Positions 14,650 to 26,446 of a DNA stretch of 64,000 nucleotides are shown here, one piece after another (positions within the stretch are counted from its first letter, which is position 1; the number at the start of each line of letters is the position of its first letter). This DNA comes from Marsupella aquatica (lineage: Eukaryota; Plantae; Marchantiophyta). The translations under genes and the position numbers were made by a program. The notes beneath the pieces are model-generated. The model was not told the DNA's origin and did not search any database. It worked only from the letters and a program-made list of their open reading frames with translations. The stretch spans positions 3,485,801 through 3,549,800 of the forward strand of contig OZ316891.1 in NCBI GenBank assembly GCA_973895155.1, written 5' to 3'.

Positions 14650-16440
14650 AGTGTCCCAGACCTTCGAAAGAAGAAGCCAAGATCAATTGTAGACTTGATG
14701 TATCTGCGATCGTGCCTTGCTCCATCCGCATGTTTTTGTTGTAGGGAGGACAAAATCTGTTGGGGATGCCCTTTGCATATGCTAAATCCTGTCTTGTGTT
14801 GGTCAAGTTAATCAATTTAATTTGCCAACTAGTTAGTTGGCAGTAATTTGTCACATCTACTTCTGCTACGTGATGGGTTATGGGAGGTAACATCAAACCC
14901 TTTGGGCAGAGGAGTTGCAACTCCTTTGCAATCTTGCATGTCAAATTCCTCCAAGAGACTTTGACTGTAAGCATACAGATGGATGAACATTCCACCAGAC
15001 TAGTAGTGTCAACAAAATCGATTCCAAGATATCTTATAGCTTTGCCCAGATCCTTCATTTTGTGTTGTTGTCTCACCTCATCAATCTTGGAGGAGTCATT
15101 GTCTGTATGTGATAAGTATATCATCAAGGAAAGAAGCAGAAGAACATTTTTTCCTCCTGAGTTGATGAATACAGATTATGATGAGCAGCGCTTTTAGTCC
15201 AGCCATATATTAGATTGAAGAAATTGATCAACCTCCTCGATCATACCATGCGTTTGAGACCATAAATTGAGCTATTCGACTGACAGACCAGATGGCCCTC
15301 AAAGTCAACTTCAAAGTGTTGTTCAATGCCACGAGCTCAAGGCAAGCTTTCAGCCGAGAGCGAGTGGGATTGAGTTTTGGTTTGACCGTGTAAACCCACC
15401 AAGCAGAAATTGCTCTCTTTCTAGGGGGAAGAGCAGTAAGAATCCACGTTTCATTCTGAATTAAAGCGTAACGGGGCATCCAACTTCTCTTTCATTATTG
15501 CACTCCATTGAGTATCCAGTCATGCCGGGAGTCATGCTGGCTGAAACATAATGTTCTGATCCACACAATGGATGGTCTCAACGAGACACACGTGCATCAG
15601 GATTGCTAGGTCAAAAATCTAAGACAAAAATCTTGACGTAGGCGAACGGGTAGCTCGCAAGTATGAGAGCCTGCAAATGGGAAATGAGGGGGGACATGAT
15701 CGATGGAGCGCTCACAAGTATACTTTCAGAAGTAGTTTGACGTTAGAATCAGCAGTAGGACTCACTGTTAGTGGATAGATGATTGTCTGAGCGTGTATGA
15801 TCAATACTGGGACTTTGTTGATCTACTGGAGTTACAGGATCAGGAAGGTCGTGTCCCAATGCAGGGGTCAGAGTAGGCCTATTTGAACTGACAGCGGATA
15901 TGGATGTTGGCTAAGCCGGAAGATAAAACATGTGAGTCTAGAGGTGGAAATCCTGTTGAAATAGGCTCTTTTGAGATTGAAGTTGGACATCTGCAGCTCA
16001 TTAAACACAAAATCTCTATTGATACGAATCTTCTTCTTAATGGGATTGTAACACCTATAAGCTTTGGATTTCTCATCATAGCCCACCAAAGCAGTACAAA
16101 TGGATTTAGCAGAAAGCTTATTGGGAATATGAACGTAGGCCAGAAACTTAATAATGCAGAGTTGGGATACATCAGGCTTGACATTGAATTGTATAGATGC
16201 TAGAAGGCGAGCTAGAAGGGTCTAGAGGAGATCAGGGATTTCCATTTTACACGATGACAGAGTTTGTCCCACAGAAAGGTAGGGGCTCCATTTTTAATCT
16301 GCAATACTGCGTCCTGCTTCCATGTTAACAATGTACGGTTTGTCCGCTTGGCTACTCTATTTTGTTGAGTATTTGTGCAGCTGTGAGCCCTGGGCCTGCA
16401 GTTTATGTACAATCCCAGAAACAAGTGCGTCCGCTTGAAG
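14650..16440 (-). pseudogene. Ty1/Copia pol remnant (integrase then reverse transcriptase)
   Basis: TQQNRVAKRTNRTLL and VGYDEKSKAYRCYNPIKKKIRINRDFVFNE (INT). LIQNETWILTALPPRKRAISAWWVYTVK, MKDLGKAIRYLGID and TNTRQDLAYA (RT). INT-before-RT order; many stops and frameshifts. Confidence 0.88.
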
Positions 16441-16469
16441 GGTAGTTTAATCCAATTCCGGCTGATCAT

Positions 16470-16795
16470 TACATAAGTGATCCATTACATAAGTCATTAA
16501 ATAAGTGATCCATGTCCCAAGACCTCTGTCATTCAAACATGTGGCAATTCCTCATATTTTCATTTTTAATGGGTGTGCCTAGACCCTAAACCCTAAGCTA
16601 GGTACAGTAGCTTTTGGGGTTTAGGGAGAGGATTAGTTTTGGAAAGGGCTTTGGGTTTAGGGTTTTGAGGGGAGGGCACAGATCAATGTGAGTCCCTTTG
16701 TTAGTACTATGATTAGTATTGTCTTCGCCGGTTTGTAATAGTTTTTGGTTTGTAAGAGTCTCTCCAATGTAGTCCCGAATAGTGTGCACTGCAGT
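16470..16795 (+). repeat. 5' part of a short interspersed repeat interrupted by the Sola-like element
   Basis: Aligns to ~36360-36570 (gtcatt..ataagtg.tccatgt; cattttaatgggtg.gccta; gcacagatcaa). Confidence 0.75.
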
Positions 16796-17116
16796 AACAA
16801 GAAGCCTTAAAGGATGGGTCTAAGGCCCTAATTCCTTTTTCCAAAATCTTTTGATTTTCCAAAATAGTTTCAAAAAACTAGCAAGTAAAACATCCAATAT
16901 TTATAACATTCAAACTTTGCATTTCAAACCAAAGTTTACACCCATGTTTGACACAAAATTTTGCCAAAACCTGATATTTGCAAAATTAACTTCTCAAAAC
17001 CATAGCCAAATGATGGTCTAGGCTAAAAGCTCATTTATATTTTAAAAGTTTCAAGAAAAGTACATAATCTTTGTAACTTAAACACCTAAAAAAATCTACT
17101 AACTCAAACTATTCTC

Positions 17117-17660
17117 TTAAGCATCTCCTGTTTCCTCCACACTTCCAACAACAACTCCTGAGGAGTCAAGTCCAATGACTTCCTCCTCTCCAAAACCCAT
17201 CTCTTCTGTTGGTAGAATGTCCTCCTGAACCTCAACATCTACATCAACCATCCCCTTCCCATCATCCTCTTCAATGTTGTCCACCAAATTTAAAACTCTC
17301 CCTTTCAAGACACTACTTTGACGTTCATCAATCTCTACAACAACACAATGTCTTCCCTTTGCCAAAGAGGATGACAGTCCTGTCCCTGACCCTGAACAAA
17401 TATCCAACACCCAATCTCCAACCTGGCTAAAATGGGCAACCTCCCAATCCAATAACACTCTAGGCTTTTGATAAAAATTCACCATCTTATTGTCTTTGTT
17501 GTGCTTCAACTTATTGGTCACAGCTAGACACACAACCACATTATTCTAGACTCATTAGTCTCAAAATTAAAATGCTCCAAAGAACGTTTTCCATCCTGAC
17601 TTTGAAAGCCAATGGTAAAGCATTCAAAGTTGCTATTGAGCCTTGAACCCTTATTTAGAT
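17117..17660 (-). pseudogene. C-terminal half of a beta-class amino-DNA methyltransferase (N6A/N4C), SAM-binding region
   Basis: KGSRLNSNFECFTIGFQSQDGKRSLEHFNF..R (frameshift) NVVVC..VNFYQKPRVLLDWEVAHFSQVGDWVLDICSGSGTGLSSSLAKGRHCVVVEIDE matches the QKP..LL / GD.VLD.F.GSGT / GR...E.D motifs; acidic tail. Confidence 0.85.
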
Positions 17661-17788
17661 AAAAGTGGAATTTTCAATTCCAGAAATGCTTAAATGAAGT
17701 TTTACAAAGATATTACTGATTTATTTAATTCATTTAAATAAATAAATAAATAAATTTAAACCACCACGAGCCATATATAAGGGGGAAG

Positions 17789-18087
17789 TGTCCAAGACTT
17801 CCATTTTCCCCCATTGTATTAACTCTTTTCCTCTAGTTTGAAAGTATGGTATGCTCCAGGACATCAGCAAAAACCTGATGGATCCAAGTTCAATCACATG
17901 TGATAGGAACAATTTAAACAAAGTAAACCAAATTGAGTGTTTAACTTGAATCTACTCCTTTCATAAATGTTAGACTCTTTGCATGACCTCTGCAAAGCCT
18001 CGGGTCTTGGTAGAAAACATACTAGATTACTTAGAGTAAAAGAATTAGTTAGTCAGGAACATCTTAGGTGGGTCACACGCTTGGACA
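17789..18087 (+). mobile_element. Short (299-bp) 3' LTR with upstream PPT; 5' part of the element lost
   Basis: PPT aagggggaag immediately before TGTCCAAG. Ends CTTGGACA, a perfect 8-bp terminal inverted repeat. Confidence 0.6.
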
Positions 18088-18841
18088 CTTTTCTTTTGGA
18101 TTGTGTCTTTCCTTGCTTGCATGGACCGCATCTTCTTTTGTCCTTGCTCATTGGGGCTCTCTCTCTCCGTCTCATAGGTTTGCATTTTGCTGCCTCTGTC
18201 TTTGTTGCCCTGTTGGGCCTCCCTTCCCATGGGTTTTTGCGGGTTTTATCCCCCCCCCCCCCCCAAACAAAAAAAGAAGTAAACCAAATTAAGTGTCAAA
18301 ATATACAATAAACCATGGTTCGTATTCTAATTTGTTGGTGAAATGCATATTCAATGCAATACACTGATAGTGAGTAAACAAAAAGTTTTCATTTAAATTG
18401 GTATCTACTGAATTTGAGAATTAATATTGGCTATAATACTCAATAAGTCCCAAGGGCCTAAAAGAAACTTAAGCCAAATTTTTTGCATTTAACACTAGTA
18501 GATCTCTACAAAATGACAAGTTTTATACTATGTGTATCTATTTTGGCATCAGACACTATGAATATAAAGACTGAATTTACAAGTATTATCGGGTGCTGCC
18601 AAAACTGAGTTCAAGAATAGAATTTTTGCTCTACAAGTAGACATTTTGGCATTCGACATTATGAAGTAAAATGAACATTACAAGTAATCATTCATGAATA
18701 TATAATGCAGTAATCAATCATTTCAATTTTTCACGTAAGTAATGTAACTTTTATTATCCAAAAAGAATACATTTGAATATATTCTAAACACAACACCACA
18801 CAAGCTGTGGTTTCTTTTATTACATTTCTATTGATACTGTC

Positions 18842-21516
18842 TCATACTTCAGACCAAGTAGGATAGTGATATTTAATAAACTTATGCGCTGTCTGCCCAG
18901 AATCTTCTAGATTACGTAAATATGGAATAAGTGTGCCTCTAAGAAAATTGTCTTTACAATTACCATAATACGGCTTGGGATACAGCCTTGAATACATTGG
19001 ATTTACACTATCAAATGATGGATAACACTCTAAAAATATAACATTTTGTCTTTGATATTGTGGATAAATATCATTGATCTGTTTCATGTCCATCAAAGTT
19101 GATGTAAGAAACTTAAGACCAGAAAAACTCAAAGCTTTATCTGTGAGTATTGGATCCATTTGATCAGCCAGTTCGCATGTGTCAGTGAGTGCCCAAAGAA
19201 CCACATCAAAAGTTGAAGTGCAAAATTCAAGAAATTCTTGTACATATGGTCTCGGAAAGATGATGTCTTCTTCAAATGACGAGAGACCCCAGTTGTGTAA
19301 ATGAGGAACTTGTTGATACTTATGACAAGTAATTTCCTGAATAAATTTTCAACTTTCACCTGTACACAACACACACAGATGAGATTTAGAATAGTACCCA
19401 AAAATATGTCATAAATTAACTATGCACCATGGTTCATTCTACAAATAAGTGTGATAAGTAGTCCAAAATGTACCCTGATTATTAAACACATGGAATCTCC
19501 TTGAATGATTTCTATCTCCAAGATCACGAATATACTGAGTATTGATCCATATTTGGAAGTGTTCCCTCCAATCTTGTTGCAATGACTTTTGCAACCATAA
19601 TGGGTAAGTTTCCTTGATACTATACACTATTCACATCCATAATGACCAATTTGCTGGTTTGGGCTCAGATTGCACCTGAACAATCAAACAATTTATAGCA
19701 CTATAAAAAAAATTATACATCTTAAGTATAGTCAAAATAAAATCATTACTTCTTGTTGCGCAAAATCTGCTGAGGTGTCTTCTTCACCTTTGGCAGCATA
19801 GTAACTTTTTCTATCACCGAGGGTCTCTTTGAATCCCGTCGAGTGGCACGACCTGGAATGACCTTGGAACCAGTCTTAGGAAGCTCCATTCTTGTTGCTG
19901 GAGTCGTTTGTGAACAATCTCCATGAGAAGTTGAAACTAATGGGATCCCCAAAAAAGGAGGTGGTAATTCATTCAATCCATCAGCGTAGGCTGCAGCAGA
20001 TGCTTCCTCTTCCCAAGGCGCAATTTTTCCCACCTCCGGTATGTCTTGATCTTCAAGGTTAGTGGCTTGTTGGATCCAAGGATGTTCTTCACTATCTACC
20101 AACAAATCACTCTCATTTGTTTTAGGGTCCATCGATGTGTGAGACACCTTTGGTTTTTCGGCCAAAATCATAACAGCATCCACTTGTGCATTGATTTCAA
20201 CATTTCTTGTCTCTAGAGGATCCATTTGCTCCCTTGCTAGGTTGCTGTCAACATTTCTTGGCTTTGTCAATGTGAAAGGCTCATCCAAAATATTAGCCTC
20301 AACCACTAGAGGATCCATCTGCTCCCTTGCTAGGTTATTGTTAGCATTTATTGGCTCTATCGATGTGGGATGCACATCCAAAATGTTAGTCTCAACCACT
20401 AGAGGATCCATCTGCTCCCTTGCTAGGTTGTTGTTAGCATTTCTTGACTCTGTCGATGTGGGAGGCACGTCCAAAATGTTAGTTTCAACCATTGAAGGAT
20501 CCATATTCTTCTCCACTGGATCACCGTCAACAATTACTGGCTCTGTCGATATGGGAGACGTGCCCAAAATGTTAGTTTCAACCAGTAAAGGACCATCTGC
20601 TCCACCATTGGATTCACGACCAAAGCATTGTCTCTTATTGTTTCCTCGTTTGGAATGAAAGAATCATCTCTCTTCACACCCAAATCTTGGATGATTGCTT
20701 GTTCATAACCACTTTGATAAACTGCACATGTATCTAGTGTAGCATCATTAAGATTAGACATGGGTGTATCTATAGAGTTAGTGATAGGGTTGGAGATTAG
20801 TTGATACTCCTTCATCCAAGTCCATTTGCTAATAGTGCTTTTAGGTTCACTTTGAATGGCAAAAACATCAATAGGAGGATCTCCAACCATTTCACATACT
20901 TCTGTTGCATAATAGACATTATCTTGTAAATTAGTGATTTGTTCAGGGGTTTCCAAACCGGAGCGATGAGTCAAAGCTTCATGCCAATATGCTCTTGCTT
21001 TCCACCCATGAAATTGAGCTTCGCTTCGAAAGAACTCATCCCAATCTATTGGAGAAATGTGATCTGGGCAACTGGTTTCCTGATCAAGAATATAATTTTC
21101 CCACACAAATTTGCGGACAATCATTCTTCGCTCATTTTTACTTTTGGTTTCATCAAATGCCACTTCATTTTTGTTTCTTTGATTTGATTCTTGCACCCAG
21201 CACGGCTACAATTTGATTGGATATTTTTAACATTCTTTGCATTTAGATAATTTGAGGTACTAGGGCCTCTTCCTTTGGTCATTGAAACTCCTTGTTCCTC
21301 GACATTGAGCTCTGGTTCGGTTTGGAAAGCCCTGAACGAGTCAAGAATTTCCATTGAATCATTTGGTGATTCCACGTGATCCAACTTTAGTGGCTGCCAA
21401 GCATTCGGGGAATCAATGTTATCCTCTTCGTCCTCATCCTTGTTCTCGTGCTCAATAGAATTGGTTTTATCTCCTACAACCAAAACAACAAACAATAGAT
21501 AAATATGGTGAACCAA
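18842..21516 (-). pseudogene. Third cargo gene of the inner element, unknown function; acidic repeat region plus globular C-terminal domain
   Basis: Collinear ORFs 21121-21516, 20534-21196, 19746-20567, 19439-19627, 19129-19401 and 18842-19204 joined by frameshifts and short intron-like gaps. Confidence 0.65.
20210..20600 (-). repeat. Coding tandem repeat of ~90 bp (30 aa), 4-5 units
   Basis: DPLVVETNILDV.PTS.EP.NANNNLAREQM repeated. Confidence 0.85.
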
Positions 21517-22411
21517 TAAACTTCCAATTATTTTTATTTATTAAATATCGCTATTAGTTTGCTTTGCCTAATTTCAATGACTACATGATGTATTAGACAA
21601 GTGTTTTCTATATTATGTTAAGTACTCATCTAATTTTTCACAAAATTCCAGAGTAAGTTAATCTATTTATATAATTTAAGCGATTCATTTGACAAGTTAA
21701 AACTACGATTGGGTTGTTCAGTTCGTATTAGTATTTGCTTCAACTCTAGTTGGAATTATTATCCATTTGAAATGTTTGGACTATACCAAATAATAGGTTC
21801 TATATTATCTTGATAAATTTATCTAACTTCACACATCCAACTTGTTCCAACCATGGTTCATTCTAATATTTTTATCAATCAATCATTCTATATCAAATCA
21901 TGTACATCATTCTCTTGAGAACATCGATTTATAATTCATGATTCATATCTGGCATATGACAAGTTTGGCTACTTAATTCATCATTAGCTATTGAATATGG
22001 TAGTTTATAACAAATGGTAGTCATATTAACCTCCAAGTGGATCAGTGGGAACATTGGTAGGCATCATCTGATTCAGGAATGTCGCCCAATCCATATTCCT
22101 TGATCACACGAGCAATACTACTTTCACCAAGGTGTAAGATATCTTTGCAAAGCTCAATAATGTCCTCTCTCATATTCTTCTTGGCCAAATTATACTTCAT
22201 CAATCTGGCAATATTTTTCTCTAAAATACTTTGAAGTTCACATGATGCTTCTTCAGGCTGATCATGATTAAACTTGTTTGTGGAAGAAAAGAATTGCGTA
22301 AGTCCTTCATGATTAGACTCGTCACAATATGAACGTACCCGAGCTCCCAAGTTCTGCAAAACCATGAGAGTTTTAATACTTGGGATTTCAATATAGTTGA
22401 ATAATTAAATG

Positions 22412-25400
22412 TGTGAGTATTGGGTAATACCGAAAACCTGAAATTACTGAAAAATTTAAACTTTTTACAGTGTTTAAGCCTGTTGTTGCTGTTAATATGC
22501 CAAGTGTAAACTACGGGTATACTTTATAACGGGATTACGCATTTACGCGTAAGAGCATTATGGGTTTACGGGTTTACGCTGTTACGCTGTTACGAGTTTA
22601 TGCCAATACGGGATTACGGCTTATGCCTCACGCGTTTAAGGAAAGTTCACGTTACGGCGCTACGGCGCTACGGCTAACTTCGCAATGGGACTTAGAAACG
22701 GATTGGGGACTTCATACCTTGACAGGAGTCAAGCACCGAATTCAGGCGCTCACTCCTGTATTTTCACCACCCCTATTCACTTGCTCTTTCTCTTCAAAAG
22801 CAACCTTCGCAGCACGCAAATCACCGTTGTAGCTATGGCGAACCTGGGTGCTGAGGAACAGTATCAAATTGAAGCTCTAGCAGTCTCAAAAGTAGTGGCA
22901 GCTCGTATACCACAAGCGCCTGATAGTCTTTCTAATTTACAAGACTCTTTACAGCACTTAGGATTGGAGCGCTTGCTCAGGATCCCCTGGAATGTCGAGC
23001 TCGACTCCTACTTGCAGGATTTTGTGAAGGGGACTATCATCCCGATTGAATTCAGGCGAACGATTCGAGCTCACCCCAGCCTGTGGACTGTTGAGCAAAT
23101 TGCTTACGCCTTTGGATGCCCGTCAGAAGGAGAGGCGTTATGTTCCAAGAAGCAGGACTTATCTGCTCCATACTTCTCAGGAACTCGAAATGCCAAGAAT
23201 GGTTGGAACTTGTCCTAGTGTACTTATCCTGAATTGAGAGTGCTCATGGAATTTCTGGTACCCATTCTTCATCCGAAAAAGCCAACTCTCTGTCCTGTGG
23301 CCTTGGCTAACACCATTGTAGCTGCTCACAGTGGAGCTATAAAAGTAAATTGGGCCCTACTTCTGTTTAATGTAATGAAGGATCAAGTAAGGAGCTTGGA
23401 AGCAGGGAGGACCACTTGTTTACAAAATTATCTCTCTCAGCTCTATTATACTCATGACTGTTTATATCTGGAGGAAGAGACAGAGAGGGGGTTACTCCTG
23501 ATTGACTTGGGTATTGAAGAAGAAATTCCTATGGAGGACATTGTACATGTCACCCCATTGAATTCGAATGATCAAAACGTTGAGGAGAATGCTGATGTTC
23601 CTATGGAGGATACTTCATTAGAAATCCCTACACATTCTCCTATGCATAGCAGGGAAGTTGTTTGCCAATCAATAAGTAATGAGAATTTCCCTAACCGGAC
23701 TATGGATGCAGATCCACTAGAAGCTGAAGAAGTAAGGAGCATTCACCAACAAGACGATGTTGCTACACCAACTACCGCTGTCATCCTAAGGACCAGCTCG
23801 TCCACTCCTTCGAAGGTAGAGTCGAATCAGCAGCTTATTGATAAGTTGATATCTCTCCTCAGTTGTAGTGATGATGGACTATATGATGCTGTTAATAATT
23901 TGAGAATGGAGGCTGTTAGTTTGGGATCACCATTTCATGATCAGCTAAGCCCTGTCAGAATAACCTCTCCCCCAAGAGAACCAGCACCAATGGAGTTTGT
24001 GATCTGTACTCCTGTCACTGTACAGCCCCCTCCCCTAGAAACAAGTGAACCTGTTCCACTAGCAAATAGTATCAGCTGTGTGGCCATTGTGGATGACTTG
24101 TTAGAAATACTACAGTGTGAACCTCGACAGATAGCATCTGTGGTCCGCAACTTGATCCAACAATGTCCAACTGCTAGTCCTACTCCTAGCCCAGGTTCGC
24201 AACCTTACAGCCCTGATTCCAACTACGAACCCACAGAAGGACCCACCTACAATCGGTCACAATATGACCACCCTTACGACAGAGAAGATCTACCTGAAGA
24301 CTCTGATCCACCCTCAGATGGTGAAACTTATAGATCTTATGATAATTCTCTTGAGTCATCCCCAAGGCAGGGATTTGAAGATGTTGATACTGCCTTAAGA
24401 TCCCATCCAAACTTAGTAGCAGTTGTCACTTCATCTACTCAAACACCTCGGAATGCCACCATCGAGAGTAGATACCCGAGACATCCAGAGTCCCAAGTGC
24501 ACAGGTATGTGGAGACCTGTAAGATAATGCAAGCCAACAGACCACCGGTTGGAGAATTTTGGAAATACTACTATCTCAAGAAGACAGAGGCCAGTTATAT
24601 CTTCGACCTCAAGTGTTTTGGAACTTCCAGACTGGAGATGGCACAATTTGATGAGTTCTGGACTGACTCTCTCTACTTCCGACCCATTATTGCTGTAATG
24701 CTACTTCAAGGAGATGTGGAGGTGGAGGATTCAGATTTAGTTCTGGCATATTTTGGAAATTTGGCAGCAGCTTATGCCCTAGATTTTGTGGTTTCTTTTC
24801 TCATGCAGAGTAAGAAATCTACTTCTCCCCAGAACGCTTACCTTCCTCGAGAGCCCAAGGTTACCCTTGTTTCAACCAGTTCATTAGCTGAGAAACAGAG
24901 AATCTGGAACAATGTCACCTCTCAAACTCTAGCCAACTTCAACCGGTATTTCAGAGATGTCAAATGGAGGCTTCACCCTTTCTATTCCAGGATGCTGAAC
25001 TCTGATGAATTTCTATACCACTATCCCCAAGTGTATGCTGCTACTTGCAATAATTATGACGTGATTGGGATATATAGAGAAGCTCTTCGAATAGACATAT
25101 GTTATCTAAGGAGAAGAATGCCCCTGATGTATCCTGAAAGGCAATTGAGATGCCTACCCTACTCTCGAGGATCCCCACGCCAGGCTGAACTGATGGAAGT
25201 TACTCAAGCTCGGACTGTTACCCTCGTGGAGCTACTCGAACCAGAAGACATCCGACAACAAGCTTGAGGCAGAATCTAAGTGTTTTTAGTTAGTTTTAAG
25301 AATAGTGCATCTTTTCCTATTTTTCAAAATGAGTTATAGAGCTTTAAAAGCTATGAAACTTATTTAGTGTGTAGTCTGTACCTAGGAAAACCTATTGGAA

Positions 25401-26446
25401 AAATTTCAGAATTTTCCGAGCCAGGAGTAGGAAGTTAAAAATAGTTGAATTTGCTAAGTTTTTAAGTGTACCGGAATACGCTGTTACGCTTTTACGCTTT
25501 TACGCGATTACGTTTGTACGCTTTTACGAGTTCTTACTTAGCCATTTCTCGGCTTTTCACTTACTGAATCTCTGTTTTGACTTTTTGAGAAGTATGAAGA
25601 GGCATGTCTCTTCGACCCTATGACCTCTTACCCTGTAGGTTTTTACTATAAGACCCCTCCACCACTAGTGTAGTTTATGGTAAAGTTTAGCAATTTTTGC
25701 CTTTCTTTGGTGTTCTGCCAGTTGATCATGAATGTTAAGAGTTCGAGATCAAGCTTGACACCAGGAAAAGACTTTCCTCCTTCTTGTGGTTTAATCCTTT
25801 GAATAAATCACAGGAAGTAAAATTCCTTTTGTGCAAATCTTTTGAGTTGTAATGATAGATTCCTTTTTGGTGATTCATTACAATCTCTTGAGTTCTTGAA
25901 GTTAACTCACTGAGTTTAAGTCTTATTTGAAATTGATGGATTTTCTTTCATGTTGCTTAGTACCATCTAAATGTTGAAGTAGCTACCTTTTAGATTTTAT
26001 CTGAGTACCATTTAGAAAGAAAGGATAAGACATGTTGACGGCATTTTAAAAGGTACTCTAGTAAGCAGTTTAGATCTGAAAAGCAATATGGATTTGAATC
26101 CTTAAGTCATTTCATTTTGATTTATGTCTAAGGAGCAACCTTGGTCAATTCCAGACTCCCTTAGCATACTTTAAGATATTTTTCCTTGTGTTTTGTTAAT
26201 CATTCCCTTTTCATTAATTTATGGTTACATGATGCTGAGTTGTCATTGAAAACCACTCACCGCTGTGGAGCGATCTTCAAAGTACCTTATTAAAGTAATC
26301 AAACTTGATTACTATGTGTGGAAAACATCTTTAGTTCTTTATTATTGTTTAAATCTATCAAACCAACCCCATCTTGTTCTTTACGGGAACGAATACTGAG
26401 TTTGAAGACCTTTAAGTGTGTTTTTGGTTCTTCATAGCAAACTACA
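22412..26446 (+). mobile_element. Solo LTR A (4035 bp) containing a long ORF
   Basis: TGTGA...CTACA ends, 5-bp TSD AAATG (22407-22411, 26447-26451), no internal terminal direct repeats seen, collinear with 46298-50231. Confidence 0.85.
22835..25267 (+). pseudogene. LTR-borne accessory ORF (~810 codons, one in-frame TAG at 23216)
   Basis: ORFs 22685-23218 and 23234-25267 are in the same frame. The N-terminal domain (TIRAHPSLWT..FGCPSEG..KNGW..LMEFLVPILHPKKP..VNW) resembles plant Ty3/Gypsy accessory ORFs. Conserved with the copy at 46655-49019. Confidence 0.8.

Noticed and set aside
17730-17921. ORF with SIPY resembling MTase motif IV next to the MTase 3' half
   Set aside because: Lies largely within the 299-bp LTR; the convincing DIPY motif is at ~53540.
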